IMG/VR virus record: IMGVR_UViG_3300025138_000052
Location: 1 to 53,912 of that record
DNA: 53,912 nt
Strand: one strand, 5' to 3'
From: a virus
Lineage: Duplodnaviria > Caudoviricetes
In this document: positions 1 through 9,291 of the stretch, piece after piece
Numbering within the stretch: position 1 is the stretch's first letter
How the letters are laid out: each line of letters opens with the position of its first letter
Notes under the pieces: generated by a model
What the model was told of the DNA's origin: nothing
Databases searched by the model: none
The model's input: the letters and a program-made list of their open reading frames with translations, nothing else
Position numbers and translations under genes: made by a program

Positions 1-1
1 G

Positions 2-328
2 TTTGAAAACGAAGTAATTGAATATACTGGGGGAAACAGAACTAATAATATTTTTAATGTAGTTGCAAGAGGTACTTCAGCTCCTTATAGAGGAGTTAGT
101 CCTGAAAAAACAACAGCAAATTTCCATACAGCGGGATCTAAAGTGTATGGTTCTAGACCTGTTACAATGGTACAAACTACTTCCGTTAATGACGCTAATA
201 CAACTGTTACAGAAGAAAATAGTTATTTAGTTCCAGCTCTTGCTATAGGTATGGATTTTGTAGCTGGCACATATTTAGCAGGTGGTGGTTTGCAGTGTAC
301 ATACGGCCCAATAAATGATAGAGCTTAA
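2..328 (+). CDS. Structural protein, 5'-truncated
   Basis: Frame open from base 2 (FENEVIEYT..ARGTS..TANFHTAGSKV), so the GTG at 143 is internal; shares an NE-I-Y..RG..H-AG segment with the 9292 tail protein. Confidence 0.7.
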   Translation, partial: FENEVIEYTGGNRTNNIFNVVARGTSAPYRGVSPEKTTANFHTAGSKVYGSRPVTMVQTTSVNDANTTVTEENSYLVPALAIGMDFVAGTYLAGGGLQCTYGPINDRA

Positions 329-330
329 TT

Positions 331-1080
331 ATGTCAGGATCTTCAAAATATACATATGCAACATTAACTACAGCTATTAGAGACTACACTGAAGTAGATA
401 GTTCAGTATTAACGCAGGGCATAATAGATAATTTTATAATGGCTGCTGAGTTTAGAATTAATCAAGATTGTCCAATGGATGCAGATCGTTTTGTTCAAGA
501 AGGAACTTTGTCTACAGACAATAATACAATCAATGCACCAGCAGGAACTTTATTTGTTAGAGGTGTGGAGGTTTTTAATTCTACTTCAGCCACCACAGGT
601 GATGGAACCTGGTTAGAAAAAAAAGACCAAACTTATTTATCAGAATATACAGATAGATTAACAGGAACAGAAGGTGATTTAACCGGCCAAGATGTAACAG
701 GTTTTCCAAAATATTATGCTATGTTTGGGGGTGCTACTAACACAACAGATACTACCTCAGGGGGTTTATATATAGCTCCTACACCTGATGCAGCTTATAA
801 ATTTAGAATTTACTACAATAAAATGCCAGTAGGATTAGGGTCTGGTTCTGATGGTAATAGTGATACCTATTTAAGCACATATTTTCCTCAAGGTCTATTA
901 TATGCTTGTTTAGTAGAAGCATATGGATTTTTAAAAGGACCAATGGAGATGTTGACATTCTATGAAAATAAATATAAAAGTTCTATACAACAGTTTGCAG
1001 GAATGCAATTAGGAAGACGAAGACGAGATGATTATACTGATGGAACTGTCAGGATACCAGTTAAATCTCCGTCACCCTAA
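331..1080 (+). CDS. Head-tail adaptor / tail tubular A-like protein
   Basis: G-PKYYA..IAPTPD..LLYACLVEA pattern typical of podovirus adaptors; position. Confidence 0.6.
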   Translation: MSGSSKYTYATLTTAIRDYTEVDSSVLTQGIIDNFIMAAEFRINQDCPMDADRFVQEGTLSTDNNTINAPAGTLFVRGVEVFNSTSATTGDGTWLEKKDQTYLSEYTDRLTGTEGDLTGQDVTGFPKYYAMFGGATNTTDTTSGGLYIAPTPDAAYKFRIYYNKMPVGLGSGSDGNSDTYLSTYFPQGLLYACLVEAYGFLKGPMEMLTFYENKYKSSIQQFAGMQLGRRRRDDYTDGTVRIPVKSPSP

Positions 1081-1095
1081 ACAAGGAGATTATTT

Positions 1096-1533
1096 ATGGC
1101 AATAACATCGGCAGTATGTAACAGTTTTAAAGCAGAAGTTTTACAAGCAATCCACAATTTTACAGCGTCATCTGGAAACAGTTTTAAATTAGCTTTATAC
1201 ACAAGTTCAGCAACTTTAAATAAATCAACAACAGCGTATAGTACATCAAACGAAATTTCTAACACATCGGGATCTGCTTACACAGCTGGTGGAATAGCAC
1301 TTACAAGTGTTACACCTGCTTTATCTACAGACACTGCATGTTGTGACTTTGCGGATGTTAGTTTTACTTCTGCTTCATTTACAGCTAATGGTTGTTTAAT
1401 ATATAACGATACAAACGCTGATAGAGCAGTTTGTGCAATCGCATTTGGTGGAGATAAAACTGTATCAAGTGGAACATTTACAATTCAATTCCCAGCAGCA
1501 GACGCATCGAACGCAATTCTTCGTATAGCATAA
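1096..1533 (+). CDS. Virion structural protein
   Basis: GGAG RBS; FKLALYT..Y.AGG..FGGDKT..GTFTIQFP beta-rich tail-type protein. Confidence 0.6.
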   Translation: MAITSAVCNSFKAEVLQAIHNFTASSGNSFKLALYTSSATLNKSTTAYSTSNEISNTSGSAYTAGGIALTSVTPALSTDTACCDFADVSFTSASFTANGCLIYNDTNADRAVCAIAFGGDKTVSSGTFTIQFPAADASNAILRIA

Positions 1534-1546
1534 GGAGGAACTCCTT

Positions 1547-2593
1547 ATGGCATCAACCTGGGGTAATAATACTTGGGGATCCAACGAGTGGGGTGATGAT
1601 AACATTACTGTTATTCTTACCGGACAATCAACAACATCATCAGTAGGTTCACTAGAAGCTTTTAATGAAGAAGGTTGGGGTAGACAAGAATGGGGTAACT
1701 CTGGTTGGGGTGTTGAATATGCTGTACAACTAACAGGTCAACAAGTTACATCATCAACAGGTTCTATTACTACAGAAATTGCAGTGCCATTAACTGGTCT
1801 ATTAACTACATCTGCATTAGGTTCTCTTACATTAGATATAGAAACATTTGTAAATCTGACAGGATTACAGTTACAATCAGAACTTGGAACTTTTGATAAT
1901 GCAGGTACACTAGTCGGTTGGGGTAGAAATGGTTGGGGTGAAGAACCTTATGGAGATTCATTTAATAGTTTAACTCAACTAGCTGGAGTTAGTTCAACAT
2001 CTAGTGTTGGTGCACCTACTTTAGATTTAACATCTGTTACAACTCTTACAGGTCAAAGTGCTACTTCAAGTGTTGGTGCACCTACTTTAGATTTAACATC
2101 TGTTACAACTCTTACAGGTCAAAGTGCTTCAACGGGTTTAGGTTCTTTAAATATTGAAATAGGTGTGCCATTGACAGGGGTTAGTGTAACATCTGCAGTC
2201 GGTGGAATAATTCTTGATGCATTAGAAATTGGTTTAACAGGTGTATCAGCTACATCTTCTGTAGGATCTTTAATATCTGAAATAGGAGTACCATTAACAG
2301 GTGTATCAGCTACATCTTCTGTAGGATCCCTGGTCCCTGAAATAGGTGTACCATTAACTGGAGTCTCAGTAACATCTACAGTGGGTGCAATAACACCTGT
2401 GCCAATGACGGTTGGTCTAGAAGGACAACAAGCTACATCTAGTGTAGGAGAAGTTATTATACTAGGATATCAAGATGTTGATATTGTAGGAAATACAAGT
2501 TATAGTGCGGTCAATAAAACAAATAGTGCAAGTTATTCGGATGTTGACGTGGTAGGAAATACATCGTATACAGACGTAACAAAAGTAGTTTAA
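1547..2593 (+). CDS. Ser/Thr-rich repeat fibre-like protein
   Basis: GGAGG RBS; WG-x3-WG motifs and repeated LTGxSATSSVG units. Confidence 0.6.
   Translation: MASTWGNNTWGSNEWGDDNITVILTGQSTTSSVGSLEAFNEEGWGRQEWGNSGWGVEYAVQLTGQQVTSSTGSITTEIAVPLTGLLTTSALGSLTLDIETFVNLTGLQLQSELGTFDNAGTLVGWGRNGWGEEPYGDSFNSLTQLAGVSSTSSVGAPTLDLTSVTTLTGQSATSSVGAPTLDLTSVTTLTGQSASTGLGSLNIEIGVPLTGVSVTSAVGGIILDALEIGLTGVSATSSVGSLISEIGVPLTGVSATSSVGSLVPEIGVPLTGVSVTSTVGAITPVPMTVGLEGQQATSSVGEVIILGYQDVDIVGNTSYSAVNKTNSASYSDVDVVGNTSYTDVTKVV
2003..2128 (+). repeat. In-frame tandem duplication (60 bp identical, 66 bp period)
   Basis: 2003-2062 is repeated at 2069-2128. Confidence 0.9.
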
Positions 2594-2608
2594 CGGAGAA
2601 CAGAATTT

Positions 2609-3355
2609 ATGGCATCAACATTCACAGATCTTGGTCTAGAATTAATGGCAACCGGCGAAAACGCTGGTACTTGGGGAACAAAAACTAACGCAAATTTAAG
2701 TTTAATTGAACAGCTTACAGGTGGTTATCTTTCTCAAGCTGTAACTGATTCAGGAACACCGACAGCTCTAACAATAGCAGATGGTGCTTTAACAGGTACT
2801 GCCCAACACAGAGTTATAGAACTTACTGGAACAATATCTGGAAATAGAATTGTAACTTTCCCTTTACTTACAGAAAATATTTACATTATTAAAAATAGCA
2901 CTTCAGGTGCATACACACTACAATTAAAAGCGGTTTCAGGTTCAGGAGCTACTGTTACTTTTTCAGCTACAGATAAAGGATACAAACTTATTTATCTTGA
3001 TGGCGTTGCAACAAACACAGGTGTCTATGATGCAGCTCTATCTCCAGCAGGTACAGTAACAGAAACTGGAACACAAACTTTAACAAATAAAACTTTAACC
3101 GATCCTAAGATAGGTACAAAAATTTTAGATACTAACGGAAATGAATTACTTAATTTAACAGCCACAAGTTCAGCAGTTAATGAACTTACATTAGCTAATG
3201 CGGCAACAGGCAATGCCCCTAAATTTACAGCATCTGGGGGTGATAGTAATATAAATATAAACCTTATTCCGAAAGGAACAGGTGAAGTACAGGCGAATGG
3301 AGTAGGTTTAGCAACAACAGGAAAAGCTATTGCAATGGCAATCGTTTTCGGATAA
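2609..3355 (+). CDS. Tail fibre-like protein
   Basis: N-terminal GENAGTWG, QTLTNKTL repeat, C-terminal GKAIAMAIVFG, as commonly seen in marine podovirus fibres. Confidence 0.6.
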   Translation: MASTFTDLGLELMATGENAGTWGTKTNANLSLIEQLTGGYLSQAVTDSGTPTALTIADGALTGTAQHRVIELTGTISGNRIVTFPLLTENIYIIKNSTSGAYTLQLKAVSGSGATVTFSATDKGYKLIYLDGVATNTGVYDAALSPAGTVTETGTQTLTNKTLTDPKIGTKILDTNGNELLNLTATSSAVNELTLANAATGNAPKFTASGGDSNININLIPKGTGEVQANGVGLATTGKAIAMAIVFG

Positions 3356-3376
3356 TATATAACAGGAGATTAAATT

Positions 3377-3742
3377 ATGGCAGCACCAAATATAGTAAAT
3401 GTAACTTCGATTTTAGGTAAATCCGTTCAAGCAGCCTTGGGCACAACTCTTACTACTGAAATACTTGCATGTCCTTCAAATAAAGTATTAAAAATTAATT
3501 CAATTACTATCGCTAACATCGATGGTACTAATGCCGCAGACGTTTCAGTATTTATTACTAAATCTGGAGGATCACCAATCGCAATCGCAAGTACTATCTC
3601 AGTACCAGCAGATGCATCCCTATCTTTAATTGATAAAAATTCTGGTTTCTATTTAGAAGAAGCAGATAATATCGAAGCGGGTGCAAGTGCAACTGGCGAT
3701 TTAACAATCACCATTTCTTACGAAGAAATAGACGACGCATAG
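3377..3742 (+). CDS. Small tail-associated structural protein
   Basis: RBS; ANIDG..ISVPADASL..YLEE..SYEEI. Confidence 0.55.
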   Translation: MAAPNIVNVTSILGKSVQAALGTTLTTEILACPSNKVLKINSITIANIDGTNAADVSVFITKSGGSPIAIASTISVPADASLSLIDKNSGFYLEEADNIEAGASATGDLTITISYEEIDDA

Positions 3743-3755
3743 GAGGTAATCAGCT

Positions 3756-4784
3756 ATGGCAAATGGCGGAATTATCGGACCAGTCAACGATCCAAGTTCT
3801 ACAACAGCATCAGGAGTATGGAAGACAAATACAGTTTATTGTCAAGTTAAGAATGCCGAATGGCCAACACGAACAGTAGCAATTGATTATTTAGTTGTAG
3901 CTGGTGGTGCAGGAGGTGGTGCAGCTAATGGTGGTGGAGGTGGTGGTGCAGGAGGCTATCGTACATCTTTTCCAGGTGGAACAAAAATTAATTTAAAAGG
4001 AGGTTCTTATTCCATTACAGTTGGAGCAGGTGGAGCAATCGGTAATTTTGGTAATGATTCAATTTTTGATTCTATTACTTCAACGGGTGGTGGAGTTGGA
4101 GGTAAACACAGTTTACCATCTCCTAGTCCAAGCAGAATAGGTGGAGCAGGAGGATCAGGTGGCGGTGGTGGAGGTGGTCCTCAAACAGGTTCAGAACCAG
4201 GATCTCCTGGAGCAGGAAATACTCCTCCAGTCAGTCCTCCTCAGGGTAACGCTGGTGGCCAAGCAGGTTCTAACCCAGGAACTGGGGGTGGATCTGGTGG
4301 AGCTGGTGGTGGTGGAGCATCTGCAGCAGGATCAAATGGTTCACCAGGTACACCACAAGGTGGATCAGGTAATGGTGGAGCAGGAGGTGCAGGTTCTCCA
4401 AATAGTATTTCAGGATCAGCAGTAACTTATGCAGGTGGAGCAGGTGGAGGTAGTGAAAACGGAAATGGTGGAGCAGGTGGAAATGGTGGTGGCGGACCAG
4501 GTGGAAGTGATTTAAAAGATGGACCAGGAGGCCCACCAGCATCAAAAGATGGTATTGCAGGAACAGCTAACACAGGTGGTGGTGGCGGTGGTGGAGGCCT
4601 TGGACCTGGAGGATCAGCAGCTTCTGGAGCAGCTGGAGGTTCAGGAACTATTATTTTAAGAACACCAGGTTCAGTAAATATTTCTGTAGGACCAGGAACA
4701 AATAGTGTTGCTACATTACCAGCGCCAGCAGGTGGATGTAAAGTTGCGACATTTACAGTTTCTGGAACTTTGACCGTTACTTAA
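3756..4784 (+). CDS. Glycine-rich domain fibre/receptor-binding protein
   Basis: YLVVAGG start, poly-Gly tracts, ANTGGGGG, GGSG-IILR end. Confidence 0.7.
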   Translation: MANGGIIGPVNDPSSTTASGVWKTNTVYCQVKNAEWPTRTVAIDYLVVAGGAGGGAANGGGGGGAGGYRTSFPGGTKINLKGGSYSITVGAGGAIGNFGNDSIFDSITSTGGGVGGKHSLPSPSPSRIGGAGGSGGGGGGGPQTGSEPGSPGAGNTPPVSPPQGNAGGQAGSNPGTGGGSGGAGGGGASAAGSNGSPGTPQGGSGNGGAGGAGSPNSISGSAVTYAGGAGGGSENGNGGAGGNGGGGPGGSDLKDGPGGPPASKDGIAGTANTGGGGGGGGLGPGGSAASGAAGGSGTIILRTPGSVNISVGPGTNSVATLPAPAGGCKVATFTVSGTLTVT

Positions 4785-4844
4785 TAAAATGGCAATAGAC
4801 TTTAAACTAATTATAAACTATAATAACAACTAAGGAGAAAAAAT

Positions 4845-5294
4845 ATGGCACATTTTGCAGAATTAGATTCAAACAACGTTGTACAAAGAATTGTTGTTAT
4901 TGGTAATGATATTCCTACAGCGAATGGACCATTAGGAGAAAATGATAAGCATGTAGACGGTGAGTCTTGGTGCATTAATTTTTTTAAAGGTGGAATATGG
5001 AAGCAAACATCTTATAATGGAAATTTCAGAAAACAATATGCTGGAACTGGTTATACATTTGACTTTGCTAAAGATAAATTTATCTCACCACAACCATTTC
5101 CAAGTTGGTCACTAGACTCTAATGATGATTGGCAATCACCTGTTGCTTATCCTACAGTAACTACTTATGGAGATAATGCTCCGTACAGTATTTCTTGGGA
5201 TGAAGATAATCAACAGTGGAAAGCTTTTGATGATCAAAGCAACGAATACGTTTGGGATTCAGAATCATCTAGTTGGTCAGCTACAGGAAATTAA
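4845..5294 (+). CDS. Conserved phage protein (MAHFAEL type), possible fibre accessory/chaperone
   Basis: RBS; WKQTSYN..FRK.YAG.G..D.F..P.P..SW; lies between the Gly-rich genes. Confidence 0.55.
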   Translation: MAHFAELDSNNVVQRIVVIGNDIPTANGPLGENDKHVDGESWCINFFKGGIWKQTSYNGNFRKQYAGTGYTFDFAKDKFISPQPFPSWSLDSNDDWQSPVAYPTVTTYGDNAPYSISWDEDNQQWKAFDDQSNEYVWDSESSSWSATGN

Positions 5295-5313
5295 TCTTAA
5301 ATAGGTTTTTTCT

Positions 5314-7050
5314 ATGGCTAAAAGTAACGGAGGCATAATTGGTACAACCAACCAAACTAGTTTTGGTAGATGCACAGTTACATCTAAAACATCCTCTGGA
5401 AATTTAACCACACAACCAGGAACCAGAGTTGTTAAAACAACTATCGTTGCAGGTGGCGGAGGTGGAGGACACGAACGTGCAGGTGGAGCAGGCGCTGGAG
5501 GTTTAAGAAATATAGAACTTAATGTTTCAGGGAATGCTACTGTTCCTATTGTTGTAGGTGCTGGTGGATCAGCTGGGACTTCTTCTGCTTTAGGAGGATG
5601 TGGTACAAACTCATCTTTTAATTCTACTTCTTCTACAGGAGGAGGTGGAGGAGGTTTGGTTCCAAGTACAGCATCAAAACCTGGTGGTTCTGGTGCAGGA
5701 GGTTATGCTGGTAGTACTTCAGGAGGAACAGGAAACGCTGGAGGTTATGCACCTTCAGAAGGAAATGATGGCGGAGACGGATTACCTGGAGTAAATGCAA
5801 GTGGTGGTGGTGGTGGCGCTTCTGCAGTTGGTGGAAATGCAACACCTTCATCCGTTGGAGGAAATGGAGGAGCAGGAACAGATGTATCTTCTGATTTTCC
5901 AACTGCCCCTAACTCTGGTGTTTATGCTGGTGGTGGAGGAGGTGCGGCTTCTAGTGGGCCAGCTTTTACAACAGGAGCAGCAGGTTCAGGAGGAACTGGG
6001 GGTGGTGGAAACGGAACTAATAATGGTAGTGCAGGAGCAGCAGGAACAACTAATACTGGTGGTGGCGGTGGTGGAGGTGGAGTTTTTGGATCACCTTTTA
6101 CTATTGGTGATGGTGGAGCAGGTGGTTCAGGAATCGTATTAGTAAAAGAATTAAATAAAGCTTCAGGTGTGTGGAGCATGCAATCTCAATTTAGTGCAAT
6201 ACAACAAGGAACGTGGCCAGAGTTTTTGGTCGATGTAGATTTTGATTATTTAGTAGTAGCAGGTGGTGGAGGTGGAGCGGCTGGTTTATCAGGTGGAGGT
6301 GGAGCTGGTGGATTTAGAACATCTTTTCCTGGAGGAACAAAAATAACTTTATCAACAGGTGCTCATTCCATTACAGTTGGAGGTGGAGGAGCAGGTAATA
6401 GCAATAATGGTGGTTTTGGTGCTAGTGGAGGTGATTCTGTTTTTTCAACGATAACTTCAGCAGGTGGTGGTGGAGGTTCAGGAGTTTTAAGAGTTGGTAT
6501 CGCAGGAGGCTCTGGAGGAGGAGGTGGTGGTTTTGGTGCTAGCGCTGGTGGAGCAGGTAATACACCTCCTGTAAGTCCCCCTCAAGGTAACGCTGGTGGA
6601 GCAGGTGAAAGTTCAACACCTACTAGATTTGGTGGAGGTGGTGGTGGAGCAGGTGGAACAGGAGCAAGTGGTCCAGGTGCAGATGGTGGAGTAGGTTTAG
6701 CAAATAGTATTTCAGGAAGTTCTGTAAATTATGCAGGTGGAGGAGCAGGTGGAGGACAACCTAATAGTCCCGCAGTGAATCCAAATGGAGCAGGAGGACC
6801 GTTTGGTGGAGGTAATGGAGGTATTGGAATAGGTTCAGCAGGTGGAAATGGTACAGCAAACACTGGAGGAGGAGCAGGTGGATCAGGGCCAGGTGGATGT
6901 CAATCTGGAGGAACTGGAGGATCAGGTATTATTATTGTACAAGCACCCGCACCGCAAGCACCTTTAATTTCTGTAGCACCAGGAACAAATTCATTCGCTT
7001 GTGGAGTAGCAACCTTTACAGTATCTGGAACACTTACTATTAGTAAATAG
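5314..7050 (+). CDS. Two-domain glycine-rich fibre/receptor-binding protein
   Basis: Two Gly-rich domains joined by ASGVW..WP; second domain paralogous to 3756-4784. Confidence 0.7.
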   Translation: MAKSNGGIIGTTNQTSFGRCTVTSKTSSGNLTTQPGTRVVKTTIVAGGGGGGHERAGGAGAGGLRNIELNVSGNATVPIVVGAGGSAGTSSALGGCGTNSSFNSTSSTGGGGGGLVPSTASKPGGSGAGGYAGSTSGGTGNAGGYAPSEGNDGGDGLPGVNASGGGGGASAVGGNATPSSVGGNGGAGTDVSSDFPTAPNSGVYAGGGGGAASSGPAFTTGAAGSGGTGGGGNGTNNGSAGAAGTTNTGGGGGGGGVFGSPFTIGDGGAGGSGIVLVKELNKASGVWSMQSQFSAIQQGTWPEFLVDVDFDYLVVAGGGGGAAGLSGGGGAGGFRTSFPGGTKITLSTGAHSITVGGGGAGNSNNGGFGASGGDSVFSTITSAGGGGGSGVLRVGIAGGSGGGGGGFGASAGGAGNTPPVSPPQGNAGGAGESSTPTRFGGGGGGAGGTGASGPGADGGVGLANSISGSSVNYAGGGAGGGQPNSPAVNPNGAGGPFGGGNGGIGIGSAGGNGTANTGGGAGGSGPGGCQSGGTGGSGIIIVQAPAPQAPLISVAPGTNSFACGVATFTVSGTLTISK

Positions 7051-7094
7051 CTAATTCTAGCTGACTTGACTTTTTTGTTATATATTCTACAAAG

Positions 7095-7130
7095 AAGAAT
7101 ATAAAGAATATAAAGAATATAAAGAATTTA
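7095..7130 (+). repeat. 9-bp tandem repeat (AAGAATATA x3 + AAGAATTTA) abutting a start codon
   Basis: Read directly. Confidence 0.85.
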
Positions 7131-7870
7131 TGAATTTAACAAATTACTATTGGTATTTTAAATCAGCAATACCTGAACAGGTTTGTGATGATATTATAAA
7201 GTATGGAAATAAACAACGTGAGCAAATTGCGTTGACAGGTGGTCAAACTAAAAAATTAGAAGAGTTAGAAAAAAAAGAAAAAACAAAACCAAAAAAACCT
7301 AAAAAGAAAATAAAAGTTTCAGAAGCAACTGCTCATTTATCAGAGGAAGAGTTAGACGAATTAGATCCAGCAAAAAAATTAGAACAAGAAGAATTAAATG
7401 ATTTACGAAAAAAAAGAGATTCCAATATTGCTTGGCTCAATGATCGTTGGATTTACAAAGAAGTTCAACCCTATGTACATCAAGCAAATGCTAGTGCGGG
7501 ATGGAATTTTCAATGGGATTTTTCTGAGTCTTGTCAGTTTACTAAATACAAATTAAATCAATTTTATGATTGGCATTGTGATTCTTGGGATCAACCTTAT
7601 GCAAATCCAGATAATAAAGATACTCACGGAAAGATTAGAAAGTTATCAGTCACTTGTAGTTTGTCCGATCCAAAAGAATATAAAGGTGGAGAATTAGAGT
7701 TTCAATTTAGAAATACAGATGATCCAAACCCTACTAGACCTTGTCTAGAAATTTTACCCAAAGGCTCTATTGTAGTATTTCCCAGCTTTGTTTGGCATAG
7801 AGTCAAACCCGTAACAGAAGGAACAAGATATTCTTTAGTTATTTGGAACTTAGGATATCCGTTTAAATAA
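7130..7870 (+). CDS. 2OG-Fe(II) oxygenase (prolyl-4-hydroxylase-like)
   Basis: WHCD..RKLS..Y.GGEL..FPS..WHRV.PVT.GTRYSLV.W gives the HxD..H triad plus Arg. Confidence 0.88.
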   Translation: MNLTNYYWYFKSAIPEQVCDDIIKYGNKQREQIALTGGQTKKLEELEKKEKTKPKKPKKKIKVSEATAHLSEEELDELDPAKKLEQEELNDLRKKRDSNIAWLNDRWIYKEVQPYVHQANASAGWNFQWDFSESCQFTKYKLNQFYDWHCDSWDQPYANPDNKDTHGKIRKLSVTCSLSDPKEYKGGELEFQFRNTDDPNPTRPCLEILPKGSIVVFPSFVWHRVKPVTEGTRYSLVIWNLGYPFK

Positions 7871-7871
7871 T

Positions 7872-8567
7872 ATGTCTATTAAAGATCCACTATCTACCTC
7901 CCTTTATTTTCAATCGCCTATCTATCATGTAGAAGCACCTGAATGGGTTAAGTCTACTAATAAAGTTTGTGATACTTATATTAATCAAGCAAGAAAAAAT
8001 TTAAAAAAAACAATTAAGGATAGAGAGAAAAAAACTGGTAAAAAAATAGGAGATCATGGATTAAGTTATCATTCTACTTCTTTGATTGGAGACCCTAAAT
8101 TAAAAGAATTACAAAAATATATCGGAGCCACTAGTTGGAATGTGATGGATCATATGGGTTATGATATGTCAGGGTATGAATTATTTTGGACAGAATTTTG
8201 GGTTCAAGAATTTGCAGATAAAGGTGGTGGACATCACGATAGTCATATTCATTATGATAATCATGTCTCTGGATTTTATTTTTTAGAATGTTCTGAAAAT
8301 ACTTCTATGCCTGTGTTTAATGATCCTAGACTTGCTAAAGTTATGACTCAATTACCATTAAAAAAACCAGAAGAGATTTGTTTTGGAAGTGATAAAATTC
8401 ATTACAAGCCAAAGCCTGGAACTATGATCTTTTTCCCTGCATACTTAGAACATCAATATACCGTAGATGATGGAGTAGAACCTTTTCGATTTATACACTT
8501 TAACTTACAAGCGGTGAGGAAAATGATCACTAATACTTTACGAAGCCCAACCAAGGAGAAAAAATGA
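7872..8567 (+). CDS. Putative 2OG-Fe(II) oxygenase (TIGR02466-like)
   Basis: W..HxH..SG..Y..F.DPR..FPAYLEH..FN. Confidence 0.75.
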   Translation: MSIKDPLSTSLYFQSPIYHVEAPEWVKSTNKVCDTYINQARKNLKKTIKDREKKTGKKIGDHGLSYHSTSLIGDPKLKELQKYIGATSWNVMDHMGYDMSGYELFWTEFWVQEFADKGGGHHDSHIHYDNHVSGFYFLECSENTSMPVFNDPRLAKVMTQLPLKKPEEICFGSDKIHYKPKPGTMIFFPAYLEHQYTVDDGVEPFRFIHFNLQAVRKMITNTLRSPTKEKK

Positions 8568-9220
8568 GTTTTGAGAAAAATGGATACACAGTAATTAAAA
8601 AAGCTATCTCCCCTGAGATTGCTGATTTTGTATACAAATACTTTTTATTAAAAAGAAAAGTAGCTAGAACCTTATTTGACAACAAATACATTTCACCGAT
8701 GACCGAATATTTTGGTGTATGGAATGACGCCCAAGTTCCTGAAACTTATTCTCATTATGGAGACATTGCCATGGAAACTTTACTTACCGAAGTAAAACCT
8801 ATTATGCAAAAACAGACAGGTTTAAAATTAATTGAGACGTATGCATATGCACGAATTTATAAAAAAGGAGATATTTTGCATAAACATAAAGATAGGTTTA
8901 GCTGTGAAATATCTACCACTTTAAATCTAGGTGGAGACGATTGGCCTATTTATATTAACCCAAATAAAAAAGAAGGTGAAGTAGATAATAAAACAGGAGC
9001 TTATAAGCCTTCTAAATCCAAAGGAACTAAAGTAAAATTAAATCCTGGGGATATGTTGGTGTATCGAGGCAATATTTTAGAACATTGGAGAGATGCATTC
9101 AAAGGAACGGATTGCGGACAAGTATTTTTACACTACAATAACAAAGCAACTAAAGGCTCTGAAGATAATAAGTTTGATAAAAGAGAACATTTAGGACTTC
9201 CCGCTTGGTTTAAAAGATGA
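8564..9220 (+). CDS. Putative 2OG-Fe(II) oxygenase
   Basis: R.Y..GD.L.KHKDR.SCEIS.T..Y.G..EHWR..QVFLHY. Confidence 0.75.
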   Translation: MSFEKNGYTVIKKAISPEIADFVYKYFLLKRKVARTLFDNKYISPMTEYFGVWNDAQVPETYSHYGDIAMETLLTEVKPIMQKQTGLKLIETYAYARIYKKGDILHKHKDRFSCEISTTLNLGGDDWPIYINPNKKEGEVDNKTGAYKPSKSKGTKVKLNPGDMLVYRGNILEHWRDAFKGTDCGQVFLHYNNKATKGSEDNKFDKREHLGLPAWFKR

Positions 9221-9234
9221 TATAGTTCCCCCAC

Positions 9235-9271
9235 GCTGGGATAGATTTCCACCACACCAATCTGTCCTGGC
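9235..9271 (+). promoter_or_regulatory. Intergenic RNA stem-loop with C-rich loop
   Basis: GCTGGGATAGATT / AATCTGTCCTGGC 13-bp stem with three G-U pairs; loop TCCACCACACC. Confidence 0.5.
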
Positions 9272-9291
9272 ACCTTATTTAGAGGAGAGTT

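Noticed and set aside
4141-6179. Alternative-frame and antisense ORFs (Val/Glu-, His/Leu-, Pro-rich) over the Gly-rich genes
   Set aside because: Shadows of GGN codon runs; no RBS or independent signal
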